Source of the DNA: Eledone cirrhosa
Taxonomy: Eukaryota
Length of the DNA: 64,000 bases
NCBI GenBank assembly: GCA_964016885.1
Contig: OZ024760.1
Coordinates: 27,962,001-28,026,000 of the forward strand
Reading direction: 5' to 3'
Positions 11,591-32,300 of the stretch are shown here, piece after piece. The position numbers were made by a program, and so were the translations under genes. Position 1 is the first letter of the stretch. Every line of letters starts with the position of its first letter. Below the pieces are notes generated by a model that saw only the letters and a list, made by a program, of their open reading frames with translations, was not told the DNA's origin and searched no databases.

Positions 11591-11975
11591 GTGCATGTGC
11601 AAATGTTTTGTGGTTGATGATGATGATCATGGATGATGATCATGGTGTGATGATGATGTTGTTGGTGATGATGGTGATGGTGGTGGTGTGCGAACGAAAT
11701 ATCAATATATTTTTTATTCTCACGTGACGCGCGGTTTCGGGCACGCCTCTGGAATCGGATAGGGTTCAGCAGACTTGTGTGTGTGTGTATGTGTATGTAT
11801 ATAATATGTGTATGTGTATATATGTGTATGAATGTGTATATATATGTGTGTGTATGTGTGTGTGTATATATATATATATATGTGTGGTGGCTGTGTGTAT
11901 ATATATGTTCGTGTGTGTGTGTGTGTGTACATATATATGTGGCTGTATATATATATATATATATACACACATATG

Positions 11976-12018
<43 letters not shown>

Positions 12019-12060
12019 CTATATATATATATACACACACATATATATACACACAGCTAC

Positions 12061-12092
<32 letters not shown>

Positions 12093-12226
12093 ACACACAT
12101 ATATATACACACAGCTACATATATATATATATATATACACACATACACACACATATATATACACACAGGCCACATATATATATATATATATATATGTGAC
12201 TGTGTGTATATATATGTTCGGTATGG

Positions 12227-12268
<42 letters not shown>

Positions 12269-12325
12269 GTGGCTGTGTGTAATATATATGTGTGTGTATG
12301 TGTGTGTATATATAATATATAGAGA

Positions 12326-12790
12326 GAGAGAATTAGTACATCTACCAACATATGCGTACAGATGTACACTAATACTAGTAAATATATAAGTTATGTCAAA
12401 GTACCTAGGTGGTTCTATGCAGGAGGATGCAGAACAATTATATGAAAGACGTAAAATAAGAACATTTTAAAAATTAAAAATTAACTTACTTACTAAAATT
12501 TTCACTCCAACTAATTAGTTTCTGTAATGGGATAATATAGTTACACAATATAACTATCGAGAATTCATTACGTCATCAGGGAGTCTATTCTCAGCTAAGT
12601 TCCCAGGCAATGCGCGGACACTAGGAACCCATATAAAATAATAATTCAGTGGATGTAATAAGCTAGCGAGGACTAAATTCATAGCACTGAAAAAGTTCAC
12701 TGCCTCTGGTCAGTGGCAGATTCTAAAGAATCAATCACGTGACACTGAGGTTAGTCAGTTAGGAGTTGGGGTGGGTATTATGACAAGAGC

Positions 12791-12856
<66 letters not shown>

Positions 12857-13600
12857 TGAATTAGCAGTAGATTTGGCAAGTTGCTCAACAAATAATTTGA
12901 GATAATATAGAGAATTAGTACATCTACCAACATATGCGTACAGATGTACACTAAATGCTAGCAAATATATAAGTTATGTCAAAGTACCTAGGTGGTTCTA
13001 TGCAGGAGGATGCAGAACAATTATATGAAACACGTAAAATAAGAAAATTAAAAATTAAAAATTAACTTACTTACTAAAATTTTCACTCCAACTAATTAGT
13101 TTCTGTAATGGGATACATATAGTTACACAATATAACTATCGAGAATTCATTACGTCATCAGGGAGTCTATCTCAGCTAAGTTCCCAGGCAATGCGCGGAC
13201 ACTAGGAACCCATTATAAAATAATAATTCAGTGGATGTAATAAGCTAGCGAGGACTAAATTCCATATACTAAGAATAGACTCCCTGATGACGTAATGAAT
13301 TCTCGATAGTTATATTGTGTAACTATATTTATCCCATTACAGAAACTAATTAGTTGAGTGAAAATTTTAGTAAGTAAGTTAATTTTTAATTTTTTAAAAT
13401 TTTCTTATTTTACGTCTTTCATATAATTGTTCTGCATCCTCCTGCATAGAACCACCTAGGTACTTTGACATAACTTATATATTTGCTAGCATTAGTGTAC
13501 ATCTGTACACATATGTTGGTAGATGTACTAATTCTCTATATTTATCTCCAAATTATTTGTTGAGCAAACTTGCCAATCTACTGCTAATTCATTAGGTAGT

Positions 13601-13633
<33 letters not shown>

Positions 13634-13936
13634 GCTCTTGTCATAATATCACCCCCACTCCTAACTGACTAACCTCAGTGTCACGTGAACTTTTCAGTGC
13701 TATGGAACTTAGTCCTCGCTAGCTTATTACATCCCACTGAATTATTATTTTTATATAGGTTCCTAGTGTCCGCGCATTGCCTGGGAACTTAGCTGAGAAT
13801 AGACTCCCTGATGACGTAATAAATTCTCGATAGTTATATTGTGTAACTATATTTATCCCATTACAGAAACTAATTAGTTGGAGTGAAAATTTTAGTAAGT
13901 TAATTTTTAATTTTTAAAATTTTCTTATTTTACGTC

Positions 13937-13940
<4 letters not shown>
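12326..13940. mobile_element. Tandem-plus-inverted array of a 520-580 bp hammerhead-bearing monomer (4 HHRs)
   Basis: Units start at 12328 and 12910 (period 582), then the inversion begins near 13265. HHRs at 12504-12584(-), 13085-13166(-), 13279-13359(+) and 13803-13884(+): ACTCC-CTGATGA-stem II-GAAA-CTAATTAG-TT-GGAGT. Confidence 0.85.
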
Positions 13941-14034
<94 letters not shown>

Positions 14035-14112
14035 GTATTTGTCAGTAAACACATTGTACGTTTGTGTTTATTTATAGAGCTAGATAGCCAGCTAGGCTAC
14101 CCGTCACCACCT

Positions 14113-15120
14113 TGACAGACAGACTAACTCACAGACTGACACACAGACACACAGACTGACACATAGACACACAGACTGACACATAGTCTGTGTGTCTGTG
14201 TGTCAGTCTATGTGTCAGTCTGTGTGTCTGTGTGTCAGTCTGACACATAGACTGACACATAGACAAACATACAGATATATAGTGATAGACAGACAGACAG
14301 ATATATATACAGACAGACAGATAGACTGACACACAGATATATAGTCACAGACAGACAGACAGATATATAGTCACAGACAGACAGACAGACAGGCAGATAT
14401 ATAGTCACAGACAGACAGAGAGACAGATATATAGACAGACATACAGACAGACAGACAGACAGATATATAGTCACAGAGAGACAGACAGGCAGATATATAG
14501 TCACAGACAGACAGACAGACAGATATATAGACACAGACAGACAGACAGACAGGCAGATATATAGTCACAGACAGACAGACAGACAGATATATAGACAGAC
14601 AGACAGATAGACTGACACACAGATATATAGTCACAGACAGACAGACAGACAGATATATAGAGATATAAACAGACAGACAGGCAGACAGATATATAGTCAC
14701 AGACAGACAGACAGACAGATATATAGACAGATATAAACAGACAGACAGACAGACAGACAGATATATAGTCACAGACAGACAGACAGACAGATATATAGAC
14801 AGATATAAACAGACAGACAGGCAGACATATAGTCACAGACAGACAGACAGATATATAGACAGATATAAACAGACAGGCAGACAGATATATAGTCACAGAC
14901 AGACAGACAGACAGATATATAGACAGATATAAACAGACAGACAGGCAGACAGATATATAGTCACAGACAGACAGGCAGACAGATATATAGTCACAGACAG
15001 ACAGACAGACAGATATATAGACAGATATAAACAGACAGACAGGCAGACAGATATATAGTCACAGACAGACAGACAGATATAAAGTCACAGACAGACGGAC
15101 AGATATATAGAGAGAGAGAC
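14113..15120. repeat. (GACA)n-based complex minisatellite
   Basis: Repeated agtcacagacagacagacagatatat. Confidence 0.9.
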
Positions 15121-15184
15121 AATGTTGGTTCTGTCAATGTTTATCTAAAGTTGAACAGTGTTTAATTGTAAAGATAACACTAAC

Positions 15185-24045
<8,861 letters not shown>

Positions 24046-24227
24046 CATATATACTCTTGTTGTTACTGTTGTTGTTGTAACTGTTGTTGTTGTACTAGAC
24101 TCTCTGTAGTTCTACACAGATTTCAAGTTTATCTTCCATATTGGATTTCCCAATATTATGCAGCTTATGAAATACATCCAGGTCAGGGCTGTACAGATTC
24201 GGATGTCTTATAAGTTCATTATAAAGG

Positions 24228-24908
24228 CCGATTGGCAGAATCGGTAGAGCATCTGACACCATTCTTTGCAACATAGAGTTACGGCCCTTTATGTTCTGAG
24301 TTCAAATCTCGATGTTCTGAGTTCAAATCTCTGAGTTCAAATCTTGCCTTTCATCCTTACGGGGGTTGATAAAATAAAGTACCAGTAATGTACTGGGGTA
24401 CTTGCTGGCCTTGTGCCTATAGTAGAAACATTTATTATTTGTCAGGTTAACTTTGCCTTTCATCCTTACGGGGTCGATAAAATAAAGTACCAGTAATGCA
24501 CTGGGGTACTTGCTGGCCTTGTGCCTATAGTAGAAACATTTATTATTTGTCAGGTTAACTTTGCGTTTCATCCTTACGGGGTCGATAAAATAAAGTACCA
24601 GTAATGTACTGGGGTACTTGCTGGCCTTGTGCCTATAGTAGAAACATTTATTATTTGTCAGGTTAACTTTGCCTTTCATCCTTACGGGGTCGATAAAATA
24701 AAGTACCAGTAATAAATTGAGATAATTGGCAGTAATTGTTAGTGCGTTGGATACTCTGCTTCGTGGCATAGAGTTACGGCTCTTTACGGTCTGAGTTCAA
24801 ATCCCGCCGAAGTTGGGTTAGCTTTGCCTTTCATCCTTATTTGGTCGATAAAATAAAGTACCAGTAATGTACTGGGGGTAATTGCTGGCCTTGTGCCAAA
24901 AGTAGAAA
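24228..24908 (+). mobile_element. Nin-domain SINE cluster with 108-bp tandem amplification of the SINE 3' half
   Basis: Head at 24228; caggttaactttgc units at 24443, 24551 and 24659; second decayed SINE approx. 24725-24908. Confidence 0.85.
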
Positions 24909-25025
24909 GTTATTATGGTAGTAATTGTTGTTCTGGTTTTTGTTATTGTTGTTATTGCTATTGATGTGAAGTAGGAAGCCTTCAAGATGTCTGTAGGTTG
25001 TAGCTAAGACCTTGATACAATAAAG

Positions 25026-25740
25026 CAGGCATGTCAAACTGAGGTACCCCTGAGGGCCACATGGGTCACCTATGTGTTGTCTGAAGGCCACATGGGTCAC
25101 ATATGTGTTGTCTGAGGACCACATGGGTCACATATGTGTTGTCTGAGAACCACATGTGTCTCATGTGTTGTCTGAGGGCCACATGGATCACCTATGTGTT
25201 GTCTGAGGACCACATGGGTCACCTATGTGTTGTCTGAGGGCCACATGGGTCACATGTGTTGTCTAAGAGCCACATGTGTCATGTGTTGTCTGAGGGCCAC
25301 ATGGATCACCTATGTGTTGTCTGAGGACCACATGGGTCACCTATGTGTTGTCTGAGGGCCACACGCGACAACTTATTGCACACATTACAACTAATGTTAT
25401 TTTATTTTACATTACGAAGATAAAACTTGCTCTTGCTGTAAAAACATTTGTGCGGGCCGCAGGTGTCCTTGTAAAGGGCCGCAGGTGTCCTTGTAAAGGG
25501 CCGCAGGTGTGTTTGTAAAGGGCCGCAGGTGTGTTTGTAAAGGGCCACAGGTGTGTTTGTAAAGGGCCACAGGTGTGTTTGTAAAGGGCCACAAGTGTGT
25601 TTGTAAAAGGCCGTAGGTGTGTTTGTAAAGGGCCACAGGTGTGTTTGTAAAAGGCCGCAGGTGTGTTTGTAAAGGGCCACAGGTGTGTTTCTAAAGGGCC
25701 GCAGGTTTGTTTGGAAAGGGCCGCATGAGGGCCGCATTGC
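25026..25740. mobile_element. hAT-like MITE with subterminal GGCC(A/G)CA motifs expanded into 31-bp and 22-bp arrays
   Basis: Starts CAGGCATGTCAAAC (hAT-type end). 31-bp array 25049-25363 and 22-bp array 25453-25730. Right TIR not found. Confidence 0.55.
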
Positions 25741-26207
25741 AATAAAGGATGAGACCTCTTAGTCACTGCTATTGAGTCACGCTAACGATTGACCTAGATG
25801 ATCGATGCCCATCGTCGATAGTCGACGAAGGACCCATCAAATAGCAATATGTTAAGGATGTGCATGTCAACTTGTCATAATTCCCCTCGTCTTGCCTGAG
25901 TAATGCCGCCCTTATCTCCCCCTTCTCCTCTTTGCTGTGTGTGTGCTTGTGTGTGTATATACATGTGTGTGTGTTTGTCTGTATATATATATGTGTATGT
26001 ATGTGTGTGTGTTTGTCTGTGTATGTATGTGTGTGTGTTTGTCTGTGTATGTATGTGTGTTTGTGTGTCTGTATATATGTGTATACATGTGTGTGTGTTT
26101 GTCTGTATATATATATGTGTATGTATGTGTGTGTGTGTGTTTGTCTGTGTATGTATGTATGTTTGTGTGTCTGTATATATGTGTATGCATGGTGTATGTG
26201 TATGTGT

Positions 26208-26250
<43 letters not shown>

Positions 26251-26353
26251 ATGTATGTGTGTTTCTGTCTATGTATGTATATATGCATGTGCTTGTGCTT
26301 GTGTTTGTATTTGTATGTATGTATGCGTGTATGTATTTGTGTGTGTGTTTGTC

Positions 26354-26393
<40 letters not shown>

Positions 26394-26481
26394 TGTCTGT
26401 CTGTCTATGTATATACGTATGTTTGCATGTTTTATGTATAGGTGTGTGTGTGTATGGATGTGTGCATATATGCATGTATTT

Positions 26482-26515
<34 letters not shown>

Positions 26516-27368
26516 TCCTTCCAGTATGTTAGAACTTCCTGTTGACTCATTCATCCTCCCTCAGTCAACACACACATTCCCACACACACACATACACACA
26601 CACACTCACTCATACACACACACACTCCTACACACACACTCACACATACACACACACACTCACTCCTACACACACACATACACACACACACACACACACA
26701 CTCACTCATACATACACATACAATCACTCATACACACGCTCACTCACTCTCATACACACACATACACACACTCTCATACACTCATACACACACACTCTCA
26801 TACACTCACTCACTCACTCACTCACTCACTCACTCACTCACTCACTCACTCACTCACTCACTCACTCACTCACTCACACACACACACACACTCACTCATA
26901 CACACACACACTCACTCATACACACCCAATCACTCATACACACACACACACACACATACACACTCTTATACACACCCACACACTCTCTCATTCTCATACA
27001 CACACACACACACACTCTTTCATACACACACAATCACTCATACACACACATACTCACACACTCTCATACACACACAATCACTCATACACACACATACACA
27101 CACAATCACTCATACACACACATACACACACTCTCATACATACGCACACTCACTCATACACACACAATCACTCATACACACACACTCACTCATACACACA
27201 CTCACTCACTCATACACACACTCACTCACTCATACACATACACACTCACTCATACACACACACACTCACTCATACACACACTCACTCACACACACAATCA
27301 CTTATACATACACACACACACACTCTCATACACACACACTCTCATACACACACACACTCATACACACA

Positions 27369-27425
<57 letters not shown>

Positions 27426-27653
27426 TCTCATACACACACACACACACACACAGACACACACACTACCCCTCCACACACACCCTCCACACACACTCTCCTC
27501 AACTCAGTCATATGCTCTTCTAATCGAAGATGATTTTATTACCAATCGATTCCTTTATTGACACACTTACTACAGTGTTGTCAGGTACAACAGCTCGCTG
27601 CTTCTGCCTTCTCGGTCAAAACCAGTCAAGCATAACGTTAAATCTAATGTATA

Positions 27654-27754
27654 CACGCTGTCCCACAAAAATGTATACACACTTTGATTACCTGTACAAG
27701 CAATATTCATTAGAATGCTGTTGAAGTGTGTGTGTACATTTTGGGGGTACCCTG
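27654..27754. mobile_element. Approx. 100-bp Tc1/mariner-type MITE
   Basis: TA|CAcGcTGtCCC..AAAATGTATACACACTT ... AAGTGTGTGTACATTTTGGGGGTACCCTG|TA. Inverted second copy at 44367-44470. Confidence 0.75.
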
Positions 27755-27796
27755 TATGTATGTGTATATATATATGTATGTATGTGTATATATGTT

Positions 27797-27974
27797 TGTT
27801 TCTACGTTTGGCACAAGTACCAGCAATTACCCAGTGCATTACTGGTACTTTATTTTATCGACCCCGTAAGGGTGAAAGACAAAGTTAACCTCGGCGGGAT
27901 TTGAACTCAGAATGGCAAGGGCCGTAACTCTATACGTCAACGCATGGCGTCCGACCCTCTACCGATACTGCCAA
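27797..27974 (-). mobile_element. Nin-domain SINE
   Basis: Near full-length match to the 1251 SINE. Confidence 0.85.
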
Positions 27975-28075
27975 ACCAAAGAAACACGGTAAAAAGGCGC
28001 CCAGTCCACATTGTAAATGTGGTTGGTGTTAGGAAGGGCATCCAGCCGTAGAAAACCTGCCAGGTTAACAGTGAG
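27975..28075 (+). mobile_element. Fragment of another octopod retroposon family
   Basis: ggttggtgttaggaagggcatccagccgtagaaaacctgcca, recalled as a common SINE/RTE-derived motif. Single copy here. Confidence 0.45.
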
Positions 28076-28436
28076 CTGTACTGATGAAGGGTGATACCAA
28101 GAAACATTAGTGTCTGCAGTTCTGTTCGCATGCCAACACAAGAGCAAGAATGAAGTGTTCATTCTACTGACATGGCTATAAAATTGAGGCTTGTTTGCAT
28201 AATTACAAACGAATCGAATGTTATTATTAATATTCAAAAACCTCAGATTACATTTATTGTATTCAGCCATGTAGAGCGAAATTTTCTTATATATATATTT
28301 ATATATATGAATGTATGTATAGTATATTTGGCAATTATACCGTATGTTTAATTAAAAACATTTAGAAGACCATACGCTATCGGTTTTAAAGTAGTGACTA
28401 TGTCACTTACTTATTTTCGGCGAAAGAAGGGAGAAA

Positions 28437-28478
28437 AGCTGACAGTCTGTTTCACGCTGGTTGGTGTTCATCAGAGCC
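28437..28478 (-). ncRNA. Minimal type I hammerhead within a PLE-type island (approx. 28320-28617)
   Basis: GGCT-CTGATGA-ACaC caacca GcGT-GAAA-CAGaCTG-TC-AGCT. Confidence 0.75.
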
Positions 28479-28634
28479 ACGCACTCCACTGCTTCCGCCG
28501 AAAATTATAGCAGCTGGATTCTTATAGAATTCCAGTAATAATCAGGAGCTGATTATACAGAGCGATTGCCGGTCCAGGAGAATTTAGGTATTAGGATTGG
28601 TGCTCTGAAATAGCGATGTATGTATGTATGTATG

Positions 28635-28676
<42 letters not shown>

Positions 28677-28679
<3 letters not shown>

Positions 28680-29008
28680 AGGGAGTATAACTTGGAGTTA
28701 CTGTAGGTTCACCCGTGTGAGCACTCGATGTTTAGGTTCACTTCAGTGTCGAGGTGTAGAGCTAGACAGAGTGTATTATAGTGAAATAAGATAACAAGGA
28801 CGATTGGTTACTCCCTCATTACATTTATTGGTTGGTGACGCGCGTTTCGCCACTTGTAATGCTAGTAGCATTACAAGGGGTCAGACGAGCCGCAGATTTG
28901 ACTCGGGTAGGATCGATACAGATCGAACCTTGAGCTGATCAGTGGAAAAACGTGCGTCACCAACCAATAAATGTAATGAAGGAGTAACCAATAGTCCTTG
29001 TTATCTTT

Positions 29009-29016
<8 letters not shown>
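28677..29016 (-). mobile_element. Tail plus fold-back element (family H) with decayed long-stem-II hammerhead
   Basis: Arms 28777-28854/28940-29016; GAAA-CGCGCG-TC-ACC; tail cgagtgctcac... Related to 49000-49145 and 11720-11775. Confidence 0.7.
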
Positions 29017-29040
<24 letters not shown>

Positions 29041-29043
<3 letters not shown>

Positions 29044-29306
29044 AGGGATAACTTGAACCGTTAAGGTACATTCTCGTTGGTTATGTCACTATTTATAAAA
29101 CACACTTTTTATTTTATCTGATGATAGCGTACCAAAATTTTGGTACTCTTGAAATATATATAATAGAATAAATAGGGTTTTTATAAATATAGTTTCCATT
29201 TATTTAATATCATTGTATATTATACTCCTGAAACTTGTTGAGTGCTCTGAATCAGTTATAAACATTTATATTTGTTGAATCACCAATAAATTGAATATCT
29301 CTTCTG

Positions 29307-29310
<4 letters not shown>
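29041..29310 (+). mobile_element. Family A solo terminus with hammerhead 29109-29171
   Basis: TTATTTTAT-CTGATGA-tAGcGTACCAA..TTGGTACtCTt-GAAA-TATATA-TA-ATAGAATAA. Closely similar copy at 37377-37645 with the same boundaries. Confidence 0.85.
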
Positions 29311-29352
<42 letters not shown>

Positions 29353-29357
<5 letters not shown>

Positions 29358-29821
29358 ACAGGGAGAAAGAGACGATTATTAGGAAGAAAAAAATATTTTT
29401 TTCCTTTTTTGTTTCTCTCTCTCTTTTTTCTGGGTTAGAAAATGATTAAAACGAAATGTTTTACTTTGTATTAAGGTATTAGTTGATTTATGTATTATTT
29501 AACAATGGCATTTATTTATCTATTTATTTTTTTTTTATTGTCTATTACCGGTTTCAGCATTTTTATGCGACACCACACTAATACATTTCACTATCATTTG
29601 ATAATGCATAAAAATACTGAAACCGGTAATAGACAATAATTAAATAGATAAATAAATGCCATTGTTAAATAATAAATAAATCAACTAATACCTTAACACT
29701 TCACATAAAGTAAAACATTTCGTTTTAATCATTTTCTAACCCAGAAAAAAGAGAGAGAGAAACAAAAAAGGAAAACAATATATCTTTCTTCTTAATAATC
29801 GTCTCTTTCTCCCTGTTTTCA
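29353..29821. mobile_element. Family F fold-back element with U3-A8 variant hammerhead at the apex
   Basis: Approx. 215-bp arms. ctatcat-TTGATAA-tGCAT aaaa AT(g/a)Ct-GAAA-CCGG-TA-ATAG near 29591-29632. Confidence 0.75.
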
Positions 29822-29908
29822 TATATATATATATATATATAACTCGTGTGCTTCCTCTCCACATTTTATTATTATTATTATTATTATATATATATATATA
29901 CATATATA

Positions 29909-30151
29909 TTTAAAAAAATAGAGGTGTAACACACGACAAATTTTTCCCAGTGAAAAATAGTTTAATTAGGAATAAGTATAAATCAGTAATAAGTATTGGT
30001 TAGTATTTAGTTTTAGTTTTAAGTTTTAAGTTGCGCATTTCTAATGCTTTTCAAAAATAATTTTGTGATAGAGCGCTCGTGATGTTTGCTCTATTCCTAA
30101 TAAAACTATTTTTCACTGGGAAAAATTTGTCAGCATTTTCTTTTCCTTTTA

Positions 30152-30157
<6 letters not shown>
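29909..30157. mobile_element. Decayed fold-back element; tail and arm repeated at 30751-30820
   Basis: gacaaatttttcccagtgaaaaatagttt / aaactatttttcactgggaaaaatttgtc. Minus-strand TTGAAAA...GAAA TGCGCA relic near 30031-30055. Confidence 0.55.
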
Positions 30158-30183
<26 letters not shown>

Positions 30184-30190
<7 letters not shown>

Positions 30191-30576
30191 GTGAGGTTTT
30201 CTTTACAAAATGAAAAATAACCGAGGTGTCCTACACGAGTAAGAGTATAAAGAAAAAAAGATGAAATCGAAAATGCAACTGGAGTCTTATTTAAAAATAT
30301 ATATATATTTATTTGGTTCCTTTACCGGTTTCGCAGTTCTTCTGCTTTTCAAAAGTAGAGCTGAGATGGAGGGTCTGTGGTTTTTCTCACATCTGTGATG
30401 TGAGAAAAACCACAGATGTGAGAAAAACCTCAGATGTGAGAAAAACCACAGACCCGCCATCTCAACTCTACTTTTGAAAAACAGAAGAACTGCGAAACCC
30501 GTAAAGGAAGCAAATAAATATATATATTTTTTTTAAAAATAAGACTCCAGTTGCATTTTCGATTTCATCTTTTTTT

Positions 30577-30583
<7 letters not shown>
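30184..30583 (-). mobile_element. Family L tail plus fold-back with U3-A8 hammerhead (30320-30355)
   Basis: Arms 30246-30395/approx. 30433-30583. Minus strand CTT-TTGAAAA-GCAG aagaa CTGC-GAAA-CCGG-TA-AAG. Confidence 0.8.
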
Positions 30584-30623
<40 letters not shown>

Positions 30624-30642
30624 CGTGTGCTTCCTCTCCACA

Positions 30643-30674
<32 letters not shown>

Positions 30675-30814
30675 GTACCAGTAATGCACTGGGTAATTGC
30701 TCGCCTTGTGCCTAACGTAGAAACAATTATTATTATTATATATATATATATTTAAAAAAATAGAGGTGTAACACACGAGTTGTGATATATTAGTAAAAGG
30801 AAAAGAAAATGCCG

Positions 30815-30850
<36 letters not shown>

Positions 30851-30948
30851 TCTAACACATATATGTCCTAGAAACGATCGTTAAATAATGAACTTTTTTT
30901 GTTTAATATAAGGAACTGTTTCATTGTTTTATTCATTATTTTTTTAAT

Positions 30949-31008
<60 letters not shown>

Positions 31009-31319
31009 TAATAAACAAGAAGTGTGTGTAGTAATAAACAAGAACGACCGAAAGGATGTCCCGGAATAGCGCGAGGGATATGGGCTGGACCAGCCCTTCC
31101 ACCTCACGGGGGTTTCCTTCTTCTTCAGACGGGAAAGCTCTCTACCGGACTGACACTCTTCGTTTATAGAAACCACATATATTTACCAAGACATGGTAGA
31201 TGAATGGGAACCGAGCGAGTGACATGTCAGACGATGTTTCTGGATTATGTTGTAGTCTTGCGTTTCAACTCCATATATAATCATTAGTAATTCTATAGAA
31301 CGGCAGAGCAATGATCTTA

Positions 31320-32093
31320 GACAACAACAACAACTACAACTAGAACAGTTGTTACAACGACAGCAGCAGCACCACCATCGGCAAAAAAACGAAACAACCA
31401 CCACCACCACCACCACCACCACCACCAACAACAACACCACCACCAACGCCTACCACCACCACCATATAACTATAACAGCCGCACCACCACCAACAACAAC
31501 AACGATACCACCACCACCAACAACAACGACACCACCACCAACAACAACGACACCACCACCACCACCAACAATAACACCACCACCACCACCACCAAGAATG
31601 ACACCACCATCACCACCAACAACGACACCACCACCACCAACACTACCTACAACAATAACGACACCACCACCACCACCAACAACAACGACACCACCACCAC
31701 CACCACCAACAACTACACCACCACCACCAACGACACCACCAACAACAACAACACCACCACCCCCACCCCACCACCACCACCAACGACACCACCACCAACA
31801 ACAGCAACACCTCCACCACCACCAACGACACCACCACCACCACCACCACCAACAACAACACCACCACCACCACCACCAACGACACCACCACCACCAACGA
31901 CACCAACAACAACAACAACACCTCCACCACCACCAACGACACCACCACCAACAACAACAACAACACCTCCACCACCACCACCACCACCACCACCAACAAC
32001 AACACCTCCACCACCACCAACGACACCACCACCACCACCACCAACAACAACAACACCTCCACCACCACCACCACCACCACCAACCACAACAAC
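31320..32093. repeat. (CAC/CAA)n trinucleotide low-complexity tract
   Basis: Direct reading. Confidence 0.9.
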
Positions 32094-32245
32094 CCTTCTA
32101 CATGTTATATTCTCAGTAAAACAGACACTATGACAGTGTTAAAAGGTAATTCAATATTACATTACATAATTATAAAAATTTATTTAGATTATCTAAATAG
32201 AGAAAGTAATAAAGAAAATAATAGAAAAATGTATTTTACGAAAAT

Positions 32246-32276
<31 letters not shown>

Positions 32277-32300
32277 TAGGTAGGCGAGTAATCCCCCAAA

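Noticed and set aside
12792-12856. (CTA)n as telomeric repeat
   Set aside because: It is a trinucleotide tract inside the HHR monomer, not TTAGGG.
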